From the NCBI GenBank assembly GCA_964429555.1, contig CAYSDD010000001.1:15627-79626 (forward strand): a stretch of 64,000 bases of DNA, given 5' to 3'. The notes beneath the pieces were generated by a model. That model did not search any database. It was not told where the DNA came from and worked only from the letters and a program-made list of their open reading frames with translations. This document shows positions 1 through 8,569 of the stretch, piece by piece; the first letter of the stretch is position 1, and each line of letters opens with the position of its first letter. Made by a program: the position numbers and the translations under genes. The stretch is from an uncultured Syntrophaceae bacterium. Lineage in GTDB: Bacteria > Desulfobacterota > Syntrophia > Syntrophales > UBA2192.

Positions 1-2
1 TC

Positions 3-851
3 ATCAGCCGCGGTGGTCTCGGCCGCCCGGGGCCTGCCGGCGCCTATGCCATCGACGAGGCCATGTGCGAGGACCTCATGGAGGGCCGCTACGGCAAGCA
101 CCCCTCGGCCCTGGGGCCGTCGATGGCGATGGGGCTTGCGCGGCAGTACGGCATGCCCGCCGTCGTGATCGACCCGCCGAGCACCGACGAGTTTGCGCCC
201 CTGGCGCGCGTGTCGGGGCTTCCCGAGATCGAGCGCAAGAGCGCCTTCCACGCCCTCAACCAGAAGGCCGCAGCCCGCAGGGCGGCCGCCGCGCTCGAGA
301 GGCGATACGAGGAGATCAATCTCGTCGTCGCCCACCTGGGCGGCGGCATCACCATCGGCGCCCACTGCCGGGGGCGGGTGATCGACTGCACGCACGGGCT
401 GACCGAGGGGCCCTTCTCGCCGGAGAGGGCCGGGGCCCTGCCGACGCAGGACCTGCTCGACCTGGCCGGCCGCATGAGCCCGAAGGATCTGTCGAAGAAG
501 CTCGTGGGACAGGGGGGGCTTGCGGCCTACCTCGGGACGAACGATGCCGTCAAGGTCGAGGAGGCCGTGAAGAAGGGAGACGCGAGGGCCGAGTTGATCT
601 ACCGGGCCATGGCCTACCAGGTCGCCAAGGACATCGGCGCCATGGCGGCCGTCCTGGCGGGCGAGGTCGACGGGATCGTCCTGACCGGGGGGATCGCCCA
701 CTCGGAGATGCTCACCGGGTGGGTCCGGCAGCAGGTGCAGTTCATCGCTCCCGTCTGCGTCTTCCCGGGGGAGGACGAGATGGAGGCCATGGCCGAGGGC
801 GCCCTGCGCATCCTGCGTGGCGAGGAGATCCCGCGAAAATATCATCCCTGA
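3..851 (+). CDS. buk: Butyrate kinase, C-terminal ~280 aa (5' end lies upstream of the window)
   Basis: Frame 3 is open from base 3 (ISRGGLGRPGPAGAYAIDEAMCEDL...) and continues into ORF 63..851. The tail ...LTGGIAHSEMLTGWV...FPGEDEMEAMAEGALR is typical of the acetate/butyrate kinase family. Confidence 0.85.
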   Translation: MSRGGLGRPGPAGAYAIDEAMCEDLMEGRYGKHPSALGPSMAMGLARQYGMPAVVIDPPSTDEFAPLARVSGLPEIERKSAFHALNQKAAARRAAAALERRYEEINLVVAHLGGGITIGAHCRGRVIDCTHGLTEGPFSPERAGALPTQDLLDLAGRMSPKDLSKKLVGQGGLAAYLGTNDAVKVEEAVKKGDARAELIYRAMAYQVAKDIGAMAAVLAGEVDGIVLTGGIAHSEMLTGWVRQQVQFIAPVCVFPGEDEMEAMAEGALRILRGEEIPRKYHP

Positions 852-876
852 GGCGCAGGGGCGATGCGCCCCGGCC

Positions 877-1314
877 TCAACTCTGCTTGACCAGGACGAT
901 GCCGATCACCGTCAGGACGATCCCCAGGATCCGCTGGGGCGTCGCCGCCTCGCCGAGGATGAGGACCCCGAGGGCGGCCGTCAGGATCGGGTAGGATGCC
1001 GTGATGGGGACCACCTGCGAGATCATCCCGCTGCGCAGCACGTAGAAATAGGTCCACATGGCCAGAAGCCCCGCCATGACTCCCGTGGCGGCGAATATGG
1101 CGTAGTTTTTCATCGAGACCTTCGCCAGCTCCTGGAAGCGGCCCGTCGCCAGCAGGAACAGGGCCAGGAGGATCACCACGGCGGCGCTCCGGATGAAAAC
1201 GCCGATGGCCGGGTCGACCTCCCGGAGGCCGATCTTTTCCAGCAGGGGCGTCGTGCCCCAGAGAAGCATCGTGACGACGAGAAGGCCGATGTTCACCAGC
1301 TCGGCATGGGTCAT
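877..1314 (-). CDS. EamA/DMT-superfamily small membrane transporter
   Basis: ORF 877..1353; the likely start is ATG 1314 (MTHAELVNIGLLVV...). About 145 aa, all hydrophobic helices, with an EamA-like segment SYPILTAALGVLILGE. Confidence 0.7.
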   Translation of the reverse strand: MTHAELVNIGLLVVTMLLWGTTPLLEKIGLREVDPAIGVFIRSAAVVILLALFLLATGRFQELAKVSMKNYAIFAATGVMAGLLAMWTYFYVLRSGMISQVVPITASYPILTAALGVLILGEAATPQRILGIVLTVIGIVLVKQS

Positions 1315-1518
1315 GTGCTGTTCTCCTTGAAGGGAATCTGCCTGCAGACCCATCCATAGCCCGTTTCGCCGGTCCCGGCAAGAGGGAGCGTTCCGGCGTG
1401 ATTCCGTCCCGCCTCGGTTTGAGGGTTTATGAAACGCGCCCGCTGTGCTACACCTTCGTCACGCAGTTCATTGCCTGACACGGATCCCGACATCATCCGG
1501 GGGAAAACAGTCCGAGAT

Positions 1519-1560
1519 TCCCCTGTCGCCTCCGCGGGAGAGGGTCAGGGTGAGGGTGAG
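1519..1560. repeat. Intergenic G-rich motif CGGGAGAGGGTCAGGGTGAGGG (copy 1 of 2)
   Basis: tcccctgtcgcctccgcgggagagggtcagggtgagggtgag; a near-copy sits at 41233-41270 (cccggcgggagagggttcaggtgagggg). Both copies are intergenic. Confidence 0.4.
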
Positions 1561-1589
1561 AAGCGGAAAACAGGACGGCGCAAACCACC

Positions 1590-2189
1590 ATGGCAAAGAA
1601 GATCATCGCCATCACCGGCAGCTACCGCAAGGACGGCACCATCGAGCGCGCCGTGGAGGCCGTCCTGAAGGCGGCCGCCGAGAGGGGGGCAGAGACGGAG
1701 ACCATCCGCCTCATGGACCATCCCATCGAGTTCTGCCTCAACTGCCGCAAGTGCACGCAGAAGGAAGGGCCGCAAAGGGGTCCCTGCGCCCACCGAGACG
1801 GGATGGCGGACATCCTCGACCGCATCGAGGCGGCCGACGGCATCGTGCTGGCCTCGCCCGTGAACTTCTTCGGTGTCACGGCGGTCACGCAGCGCTTCAT
1901 CGAGCGGCTCCTGTGCTACGCCGTCTGGCCCTGGGGTAAGCCGGGGCCCGCCCTCCGGGTGAAGGACCGGGGCCTGAGGGCCGTGCTCGTGACCTCGAGC
2001 GCCATGCCCGCCGCCCTGGGGCGCGTGTTCACCCGGTCTCTCTCGAGCCTCAAGCGGGCCGCGCAGACCCTGGGCGCGAAGACGGTTGGGACGCTGTTTG
2101 TCGGCACGGCCGCCCTGCACGAGAGACAGGAGCTGCCGCAGGCGATTCTCGAAAAGGCGCGGAAGCTGGGACACGAACTGGCGCGTTGA
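1590..2189 (+). CDS. Flavodoxin-like NAD(P)H-dependent FMN reductase / iron-sulfur flavoprotein-like protein
   Basis: MAKKIIAITGSYRKDGT...GIVLASPVNFFGVTA resembles the FMN_red fold; a CLNCRKC cysteine cluster is present. Confidence 0.75.
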   Translation: MAKKIIAITGSYRKDGTIERAVEAVLKAAAERGAETETIRLMDHPIEFCLNCRKCTQKEGPQRGPCAHRDGMADILDRIEAADGIVLASPVNFFGVTAVTQRFIERLLCYAVWPWGKPGPALRVKDRGLRAVLVTSSAMPAALGRVFTRSLSSLKRAAQTLGAKTVGTLFVGTAALHERQELPQAILEKARKLGHELAR

Positions 2190-2207
2190 CACGCTGAAAC
2201 CGGAGCC

Positions 2208-3182
2208 ATGGCATTGATCGACCGAATCCTGCCCGACCTCTACCGCATCACCCTGCCCATGCCCTTCCGCCTCCGCCACGTGCACGTCTACGCCCTGCTG
2301 CACGACGGCAGGGTGGCCCTCTTCGACACGGGCATGAACATCCCCGAGACCTACAGGGTGCTCGACGAGGCGCTGGCGACCCTGGGGAAGACGACGAAAG
2401 ACATCGACTGCGTCTTCCTGACGCACTTCCACGCCGATCACTGCGGAACCGCGGGCAGGCTCCAGGAAATCTCGGGAGCCGCCGTGTATCTCTCGCAGTC
2501 CGACGAGATGCGCCTGCAATACAACAACCGTCACGAGGAACTCGTCGAGCGGGCCCGAAACTTCTTCCTTCCCCAGGGGCTGCCGCAGAAGGCCATGGAC
2601 AACCTGGTGAAGCTCATGGCCGTCTTCCGAAAGGCCACCGTTCCCTTCCGGGTGGACCGCCGCCTCGCGCCCGGCGACCGGTTCACGCTCGGCGGGCGGA
2701 CCCTCGAGGTCATCGCCGCCCCGGGCCACACGGCCGGGCAGATGTGCTTCTACTTCCCCGACGAGGGCATCCTCCTGGCGGGCGATCACATCCTGCCCGA
2801 CATCACCCCGAACCTGAGCCCCGACATCTTCCGGCTCGAGTACCGTCCGCTCAAGAGCTTTCTCGAATCCCTCGGCGCCCTTCGCGACCTGCCCGTCCGG
2901 ATGGTCTGGCCCGCCCACGGCGACCCCTATCCCGACCTGGCCCGGCGCGTCGACGAGATCCGCCGGCACCACGCCGAGCGGACGCAGCTCATCGCTGAGG
3001 CCCTGAAGGGGAAGGAGAAGACGGCCTTCGAGGTCTCCGGTGTCATCTTCGGGGAGGACCTGCCCGAGTTCGACCAGTTCCTCGCCCTCAACGAGACCTA
3101 CGTGCACATCGTGGAGCTGCTGGACCAGGGTGCCGTCCGCGCCGCCGAGCGCGGCGGGCTTGTCCGGTATCGTGCGGCATGA
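2208..3182 (+). CDS. MBL-fold metallo-hydrolase
   Basis: HFHADHCG (HxHxDH) motif, a downstream APGHTAGQ His and a WPAHGDP motif; 324 aa. Confidence 0.8.
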   Translation: MALIDRILPDLYRITLPMPFRLRHVHVYALLHDGRVALFDTGMNIPETYRVLDEALATLGKTTKDIDCVFLTHFHADHCGTAGRLQEISGAAVYLSQSDEMRLQYNNRHEELVERARNFFLPQGLPQKAMDNLVKLMAVFRKATVPFRVDRRLAPGDRFTLGGRTLEVIAAPGHTAGQMCFYFPDEGILLAGDHILPDITPNLSPDIFRLEYRPLKSFLESLGALRDLPVRMVWPAHGDPYPDLARRVDEIRRHHAERTQLIAEALKGKEKTAFEVSGVIFGEDLPEFDQFLALNETYVHIVELLDQGAVRAAERGGLVRYRAA

Positions 3183-3273
3183 TCGGCATCCCCGATTCCG
3201 AATTGATCGGTCCTCGCAATCATGCGAAGGTGACCCGCTTTTCTTCATAAACCCTGTCCACCGGAGGAGCGAA

Positions 3274-3855
3274 ATGCGAACGATTCTGATCCTGTTTCTT
3301 GGCGCCCTGCTGGCCGGCTGCGGCGCCGCCACGAACGTCCAGGTCATGAAGCCCGTCAACGGGGAGATCCAGCCCTTCCTCACGCCCGAACTGCAGAAGA
3401 GCCGCTGCTACAATTTCCTGTCGGCGGGGCGGGAGGGGGAGATGATCGCCAGGAAATCGAACATCCTTCTCAACGAGTGCAACCTGACGGCGAAGGATGC
3501 GGTCGACCGCGTCACCTACCTGACCTACACGACCCGGGACGCCTACGTGGCCGAGAGCGGAGAGAACCAGGTCATCTCGAAGCGGGTCATGGGGAACAAG
3601 GACATCGAGATCGAATCGAGGCTGTTCTATGAAAAGGAAGGGGGCGTCCGGGGGATCCGGGTGCTGATCAACGACTTTGTCGACAAGAATTACGTCAAGG
3701 GCTACGAGCCCGAATGGGTCGTGCGGGCCCTCTATCGGGAAGTCAAGCTGCAGGACGGGAAAATTGTCGTCGTCAGGGAGGGCATGACCCGGGAGGACTT
3801 CACGGAGCAGGACCGGATCGAGCATTACAGGAAGCTCAACCGGATGCTGAAGTAA
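3274..3855 (+). CDS. Lipoprotein, function unknown
   Basis: ATG 3274 is preceded by GGAGGAG. MRTILILFLGALLAGC contains a lipobox. The upstream part of ORF 3040..3855 is an Arg/Ser/Pro-rich artefact. Confidence 0.7.
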   Translation: MRTILILFLGALLAGCGAATNVQVMKPVNGEIQPFLTPELQKSRCYNFLSAGREGEMIARKSNILLNECNLTAKDAVDRVTYLTYTTRDAYVAESGENQVISKRVMGNKDIEIESRLFYEKEGGVRGIRVLINDFVDKNYVKGYEPEWVVRALYREVKLQDGKIVVVREGMTREDFTEQDRIEHYRKLNRMLK

Positions 3856-3887
3856 AGGCCGCAACCCCCCGAAGACCGATGGCCGCC

Positions 3888-3925
3888 AAAAAGGGCGGGG
3901 CCGCAGCGGGCCTTGCCCTTTTTCT
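3888..3925. terminator. Bidirectional rho-independent terminator between convergent genes
   Basis: AAAAAGGGCGGGGCC-gcagc-GGGCCTTGCCCTTTTT: a GC hairpin flanked by an A-run and a T-run. Confidence 0.5.
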
Positions 3926-4119
3926 TATTCCGACTCTTTCTTCTCGCTCTTCTTGCTGGAGCCGTCCTTCGTGACCGGGTTCTGTACCGAGTAGCCCGCT
4001 TCCTTGGCCTTGTAGCCGCCGTAGGCGCCGGCACCCGCCGCCGCGACGTACCAGCAGCCCGACAGGGCGGGGAATACGAACAGCAGAACGGCACAGGCAA
4101 CGAGTTTTCTGACGTGCAT
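3925..4119 (-). CDS. Small lipoprotein (64 aa), Gly/Ala-rich with a Lys/Ser/Glu tail
   Basis: MHVRKLVACAVLLFVFPALSGC contains a lipobox; GGGGAG lies 6 nt upstream of the ATG; a terminator follows directly downstream. Confidence 0.55.
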   Translation of the reverse strand: MHVRKLVACAVLLFVFPALSGCWYVAAAGAGAYGGYKAKEAGYSVQNPVTKDGSSKKSEKKESE

Positions 4120-4245
4120 GACTGCTCCCCGATGATGGAGGTCGGCGCCCGGTCTCTCGACTGCCGTGCGCCCGCATTCTCTTATCGTTCCTCCCGGGCC
4201 CGGACTTTAGCGGGAGGGCGCCGTCTCCCTGTCCGTCTTGCCGTC

Positions 4246-4584
4246 CTACTTCACCTCCTCGATCTTCACCACGTTCTCGTACATCGAGAAGATGGGGATC
4301 CGCCAGCCGTACTTCCAGATCTTGACCTGCTTGCCCTTCAGACGGATGGCCTCGTTCTGGATGTTCCCCGAGTCGAACTTGAAGCGATACTTGGCGTCAT
4401 AATTGGCCAGGGGCTTGTATTCGGTGGCGATCATGAACTTCCCGTCGACCATGTTCATCTGGGCGTCGGTGATCCGCGTGATGACCGTGTCGGAAACGAA
4501 ATAGCTGTAGAGCGGCACGAGAATGCACAGCAGGACCAACGCCGCGATGACCTTGAACTTCGTGCTCTTCAGGAACTCTATCAT
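4246..4584 (-). CDS. Membrane-anchored hypothetical protein (KFDS...YGWRIP motif, DUF1523-like from memory)
   Basis: ORF 4246..4635; the likely start is MIEFLKSTKFKVIAALVLLCILVP (ATG 4584). One N-terminal TM helix. GC is noticeably lower than in the neighbouring genes. Confidence 0.6.
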   Translation of the reverse strand: MIEFLKSTKFKVIAALVLLCILVPLYSYFVSDTVITRITDAQMNMVDGKFMIATEYKPLANYDAKYRFKFDSGNIQNEAIRLKGKQVKIWKYGWRIPIFSMYENVVKIEEVK

Positions 4585-4789
4585 AGCTTTCCCCTCGTAT
4601 TCTGTCTGATGCCATGAGTTCGTCTCAGACATCAAGGCCGCGAAGATCGGAAGAGCAGAAGCGAGGAAGAGCGGCCAGGAAAAGAAATGAACCGAACATC
4701 CTCTCCGCTCTTCATAACTTCCTCATTTCACAATCCTATGCGGCGGGCCATGCAACTCGGCATGATTGAACAGTCCGCAATCGGAAACG

Positions 4790-5275
4790 TTACACCTCCA
4801 CGACGGAGAGCTTCACCATCCTGTCGCCCTGCCGGATCGCGTTGACCACGTCCATCCCCTCCACGACCTTGCCGAACACCGTGTGCTTGCCGTCCAGGTG
4901 CGGCTGGGGCGAATGGGTGATGAAAAACTGGCTGCCGTTGGTGTTGGGGCCCGCATTGGCCATGGAGATGAACCCCGTGCCGTGTTTCAAGGGGTTTCCC
5001 CTGCATTCGTCCTCGAAGGAGTAGCCGGGACCGCCGCGGCCCGTCCCCGTGGGGTCGCCCCCCTGGATGACGAAATCGTCGATCACCCGGTGGAAGACGA
5101 CACCGTCGTAAAAGCCTTCCCTTGACAGGAAGACGAAGTTGTTCACCGTCTTGGGGGCATGCTGCGGGTAGAGCTCGAGGACGATGTTCCCCTTGGTCGT
5201 TTCCAGCGTCACCCGGTAATTTTTTTTCTCGTCGATCTGCATTGCCGGCGGCGTCCGCCACTGCTTTGGTGCCAT
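4790..5275 (-). CDS. ppiB: Peptidyl-prolyl cis-trans isomerase, cyclophilin type
   Basis: [30 protein letters not shown]...[16 protein letters not shown] is the cyclophilin signature; an RBS GGAGA lies upstream. Confidence 0.9.
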   Translation of the reverse strand: MAPKQWRTPPAMQIDEKKNYRVTLETTKGNIVLELYPQHAPKTVNNFVFLSREGFYDGVVFHRVIDDFVIQGGDPTGTGRGGPGYSFEDECRGNPLKHGTGFISMANAGPNTNGSQFFITHSPQPHLDGKHTVFGKVVEGMDVVNAIRQGDRMVKLSVVEV

Positions 5276-5422
5276 GGGTGGGTCTCCTTTCCGGTTCCCG
5301 CATGGAGAAATTCGCGTCCCCCCTTGCTAACAGAGCCCGACGGACAAGTCAAGGCGGGTCCTCCGTCGAGGAGGCTTGAAAAAAACGTTGAATGTCGGGC
5401 CGAACCGGGGCATAACCTCCCG

Positions 5423-6565
5423 ATGCCGGTTCGCGACATCGTTTTCATCCTCATCACGACCTCGACCGTCTACGCGTCGATCTACGCACCGCAGCCCATC
5501 CTGCCGCTGCTGGCCGGGGAGTTCGGGCAGACGACTGCCGGCGCCGCCCTTCTCATGACGGCCGTTCTGCTGCCCCTGAGTTTTGCGCCCCTGTTCTACG
5601 GCCTGCTGCTGGAATCGCAGCCCGCCAAACGGATGCTGCTCGTCACGATCGGGGCCCTGGCGCTGCTGCAGGCCGCCTTCGGAGCCGCCGAATCCTACGG
5701 TCAGCTCATCGCCGCCCGCCTCTTGCAGGGGGCCTGCGTGCCGGCCATCGTCGCCGCCATCACCTCCTATCTTGCCTACACGGTGGAACGGGAACACATC
5801 CAGCGGGCGATCACCTACTTCGTGGCGGCCAACATCCTGGGCGGTCTCGTGGGTCGCGTGCTTTCAGGCTGGGTGGCAACAGGCGCGGGGTGGCGCTACA
5901 CGTTTTTTCTGATCGCCGCGGTATTGGCCGGCTGCTTTGCGGCCGTGACCCGGATGAGGGCCGACTCGCGCCTGTCCATGTCGCCCGTGCGCCTCACGGC
6001 CGTCATGCCGATCCTCCGAAACGGCGACATCGCGAGGCTCTACGCCGTGGGCTTCACGATCTTCTTTGCCTTCATGGCCCTGCTGACGTTCCTTCCCTTC
6101 CGGCTCAAGGAGATCGACCCCTCCACCAGCGCCTTCGCGATCTCCATGACATACTCCGGCTTTCTCATGGGAATCGTCTCGTCGGCGACGGCGACGACGA
6201 TCATCCGGTTCGCGGGAGGCGAAAAGCGGGCGATGACGGTCGGACTCGGGATCTACGGGATCTCGATGCTGCTGGTCAACGCGCCCAGCGGGGCGGCGAT
6301 CTTCGCGATCATGTTCGTCATGTCCGGGGGGATGCTCTTCGTCCATGCCGTCGCCATGGGAACGGTAAACAAGCTTTCCGCGGAAAACCGGGCCGTCGCC
6401 AACGGCCTCTACATCTCCATTTACTACACGGGGGCGGCCCTGGGCTCCTGGCTGCCGGGGCTGATCTACCAGGGCGCCGGCTGGGCCGCCTTCACCCTCA
6501 CCCTCACGGCGGCCATCGCAGGCGCACTCGTCATCACCCGGGGCCTTCGCCTGCGGGCCGGTTGA
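5423..6565 (+). CDS. MFS transporter
   Basis: ORF 5159..6565; the realistic start is ATG 5423 (MPVRDIVFILITTSTVYASIY...). About 12 hydrophobic segments. The 5' extension overlaps ppiB in antisense. Confidence 0.8.
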   Translation: MPVRDIVFILITTSTVYASIYAPQPILPLLAGEFGQTTAGAALLMTAVLLPLSFAPLFYGLLLESQPAKRMLLVTIGALALLQAAFGAAESYGQLIAARLLQGACVPAIVAAITSYLAYTVEREHIQRAITYFVAANILGGLVGRVLSGWVATGAGWRYTFFLIAAVLAGCFAAVTRMRADSRLSMSPVRLTAVMPILRNGDIARLYAVGFTIFFAFMALLTFLPFRLKEIDPSTSAFAISMTYSGFLMGIVSSATATTIIRFAGGEKRAMTVGLGIYGISMLLVNAPSGAAIFAIMFVMSGGMLFVHAVAMGTVNKLSAENRAVANGLYISIYYTGAALGSWLPGLIYQGAGWAAFTLTLTAAIAGALVITRGLRLRAG

Positions 6566-6772
6566 GAGGCCGTTTCCTATTGCAAGATGTGAAAAACGTG
6601 AAGGTCTTTCCCTTCATCGCAGGTTTTCCATTTTACAGGGGCTACCCGAGATATCCAACCGGAACCCTGTAGGATAAACCCTTCGCTTTTGCCGTTTCCC
6701 GCAGGTCTGAGGCCGCCCGACATTTCAAATATTATCTTTTCATATCAATATCTTGCGAATAATCATTTGCTC

Positions 6773-6789
6773 CTGGTACATCCGTTGCT
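6773..6789 (+). promoter_or_regulatory. Sigma-54 (-24/-12) promoter candidate
   Basis: cTGGTACatccgTTGCT compared with the consensus TGGCAC-N5-TTGCW has the correct GG-N10-GC spacing. It lies in an AT-rich gap about 35-55 nt upstream of the FN3 gene start. Confidence 0.6.
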
Positions 6790-6820
6790 CAGGATACATG
6801 GCCGGGCCGCATGACGGCCT

Positions 6821-7630
6821 GTGTGCCCAGGAGCATCAGCGTTGAAGCGATACGTTAAAAAACAACAAAAAAACAAACACTTAAACAGAAATTCGGCCCT
6901 GCTGAACCTCTTCGTCGTTCTTGCCGTCCTGCTGGTCCCCCTCCTTGCTGAACCCTCTGGCGCTGCGACGGTGACCGTCGCCTGGGACCCGAATCCCGAG
7001 CCGACCGTGGCGGGGTATCGTCTGTATTACGGGACTTCGTCGCGCTACTACACGAACTCCGTGGACGTGGCGAGCTCGACGCGGTGCACCATCTCGGCAC
7101 TCCTCGAGGGGGTGACCTATTACATGGCCGTCACGGCCTACGACACATCGGGCAATCAGAGCGGCTATTCCAACGAGATCGTCTACTCGGTGCCGGTGGG
7201 GACGTCTCCCTCGCCTTCTCCTGACGGGGGCACGGTGTCCGGCGGCGGCGGTGGCGGGGGCGGGTGCTTCATCGCGACGGCCGCCTTCGGCAGCCCCCTG
7301 GAGCCGGAGGTCGCACTGCTGAGGGAATTCCGGGATACCTGCCTCCTGACGAACGGCCCCGGCCGGGCATTCGTGGATTTCTACTACCGGGTCTCGCCCC
7401 CCGTTGCGGACTTCATCAGCGGCAGCGAGGAACTCAGGCAGATCACCCGGGGCATCCTGTGGCCCCTTGTCATGGCCGTGAAGAACCCGACGGCCGCCGT
7501 GGCCGTGATCATCACGGCCCTGTCGCTGGGGATCCTGTGCGGGGCCGGCCGCGGCAAAAGGCGCCGAACCGAGAGGCGGATGCCCCTGCCCGCCGCGCGG
7601 CGCAGCCTCCTCTTCCGCAGGGAGACCTGA
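6821..7630 (+). CDS. Secreted fibronectin type III domain protein with Gly-run + CFIATAAFGS C-terminal module and TM anchor
   Basis: Signal-like LLNLFVVLAVLLVPLLAEPSGA and an FN3-like segment VTVAWDPNPEPTVAGYRLYYG...YYMAVTAYDTSGNQSGYS, followed by GGGGGGGGCFIATAAFGSPLEPEVALLREFRD. The start is uncertain (GTG 6821 or TTG 6842). Confidence 0.75.
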   Translation: MCPGASALKRYVKKQQKNKHLNRNSALLNLFVVLAVLLVPLLAEPSGAATVTVAWDPNPEPTVAGYRLYYGTSSRYYTNSVDVASSTRCTISALLEGVTYYMAVTAYDTSGNQSGYSNEIVYSVPVGTSPSPSPDGGTVSGGGGGGGGCFIATAAFGSPLEPEVALLREFRDTCLLTNGPGRAFVDFYYRVSPPVADFISGSEELRQITRGILWPLVMAVKNPTAAVAVIITALSLGILCGAGRGKRRRTERRMPLPAARRSLLFRRET

Positions 7631-7677
7631 CAGCCGTCCCGCACCCCTGCGTGCCTCACCCGTGAAGCCTCGATCGA

Positions 7678-7714
7678 CAGAGGACTCCTCCAATGTGGAG
7701 AGTCCTCTTTTTTT
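7678..7714 (+). terminator. Rho-independent terminator
   Basis: AGAGGACTC-ctccaatgtgga-GAGTCCTCT followed by TTTTTTT. Confidence 0.7.
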
Positions 7715-7789
7715 CAGGTGCCGATCTCGTGTCCCGTCCCGGAAAACCATTCAATACGTATCCGGGCGGGATCGTCCTTCATGCAAAAC

Positions 7790-7898
7790 CGTCATCGCGA
7801 GGAGGCGCAGCCGACGTGGCGATCTGCGATTGAGAACTCTCAAAGGGAATTCTCTCAACGGAGGATTGCCACGCTTCGCTCGCAATGACGATTTTTTT
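7790..7898. repeat. ~100-bp palindromic intergenic element (MITE/REP-like) with T-run
   Basis: The outer arms cgtcatcgcgagg...gacgtggcgatc and gattgccacgcttcgctcgcaatgacg are imperfect reverse complements. The inner part TTGAGAacTCTCAA...TCTCTCAA forms sub-hairpins. The element ends in attttttt. Confidence 0.6.
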
Positions 7899-8050
7899 AG
7901 ACTCAGCAAGAAGCCGGCTGGACAATCATTGTAAATGAACTTCTGAGACAGGATACTAGTTCCCGCCGGCGCTAAAGTTTCAGGTGCAAAACAGGCAAAA
8001 GCCGGTTACAGTATGGGCCGGCAAACAAGAGAAAGAAAGGAGGGCAGGCC

Positions 8051-8464
8051 ATGCACAAAGAGACCTTGAGAAGAATCCTGACGGCTGCGGTTGTTGCCGT
8101 CGCCCTGACATTCGTCTTTGCGGCCGCCAGCCCGGCGGCGCCCGCCGCGGACCAGAAGAAGTTCGAGGAATACCGTGCGGCGATCCAGAAGGCACACGGC
8201 ATCGACATCAGGAACTTCAAGCAGAAGCTCAAGGGCGGCCGTGCCGACGCCCACAGGGTCACGGACTTCGATCTCGATCAGCTGATCATGGGGATCAAGG
8301 TCGAGCAGGAGCACACGACGGACAAGTACACGGCCCTCGAGATTTCCATGGACCACCTCGAGGAGATCCCGGACTACTACACGCGGCTGCACGAGATGGA
8401 GGAGACGGCCGAACAGGAGGCAGCCGAAGAGACGAGAAAGAAAGAGGCGGAAAAGAAGAAATAG
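8051..8464 (+). CDS. Secreted hypothetical protein with Glu/Lys-rich tail
   Basis: AAAGGAGGG RBS and signal peptide MHKETLRRILTAAVVAVALTFVFAAASPAAPA. The core GIKVEQEHTTDKYTALEISMDHLEEIPDYYTRL resembles a DUF family recalled from phage and bacterial proteins (unverified). Confidence 0.7.
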   Translation: MHKETLRRILTAAVVAVALTFVFAAASPAAPAADQKKFEEYRAAIQKAHGIDIRNFKQKLKGGRADAHRVTDFDLDQLIMGIKVEQEHTTDKYTALEISMDHLEEIPDYYTRLHEMEETAEQEAAEETRKKEAEKKK

Positions 8465-8487
8465 GCTTGACGCCGTTGAGATGACAA

Positions 8488-8516
8488 GGGCACACCCTGC
8501 GGCGTGCCCTTTTTTG
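8488..8516 (+). terminator. Rho-independent terminator
   Basis: GGGCACACC-ctgc-GGCGTGCCC followed by TTTTTTG. Confidence 0.75.
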
Positions 8517-8569
8517 TGTCCTTTCGGCAGGCCCCGGATCTCGGAGCCCCTCCGGAATGTCGAAGCGGC

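Noticed and set aside
5159-5422. 88-codon N-terminal extension of the MFS transporter ORF
   Set aside because: It overlaps the ppiB coding region in antisense and is not hydrophobic. MPVRDIVFILITT... at ATG 5423 is a typical MFS N-terminus.
7662-7934. 90-aa ORF (…VIARRRSRRGDLRLRTLKGNSLNGGLPRFARNDDFF…)
   Set aside because: It is the read-through translation of the palindromic intergenic repeat at 7790-7898. It has no RBS, and the sequence is explained by the DNA-level inverted repeats.
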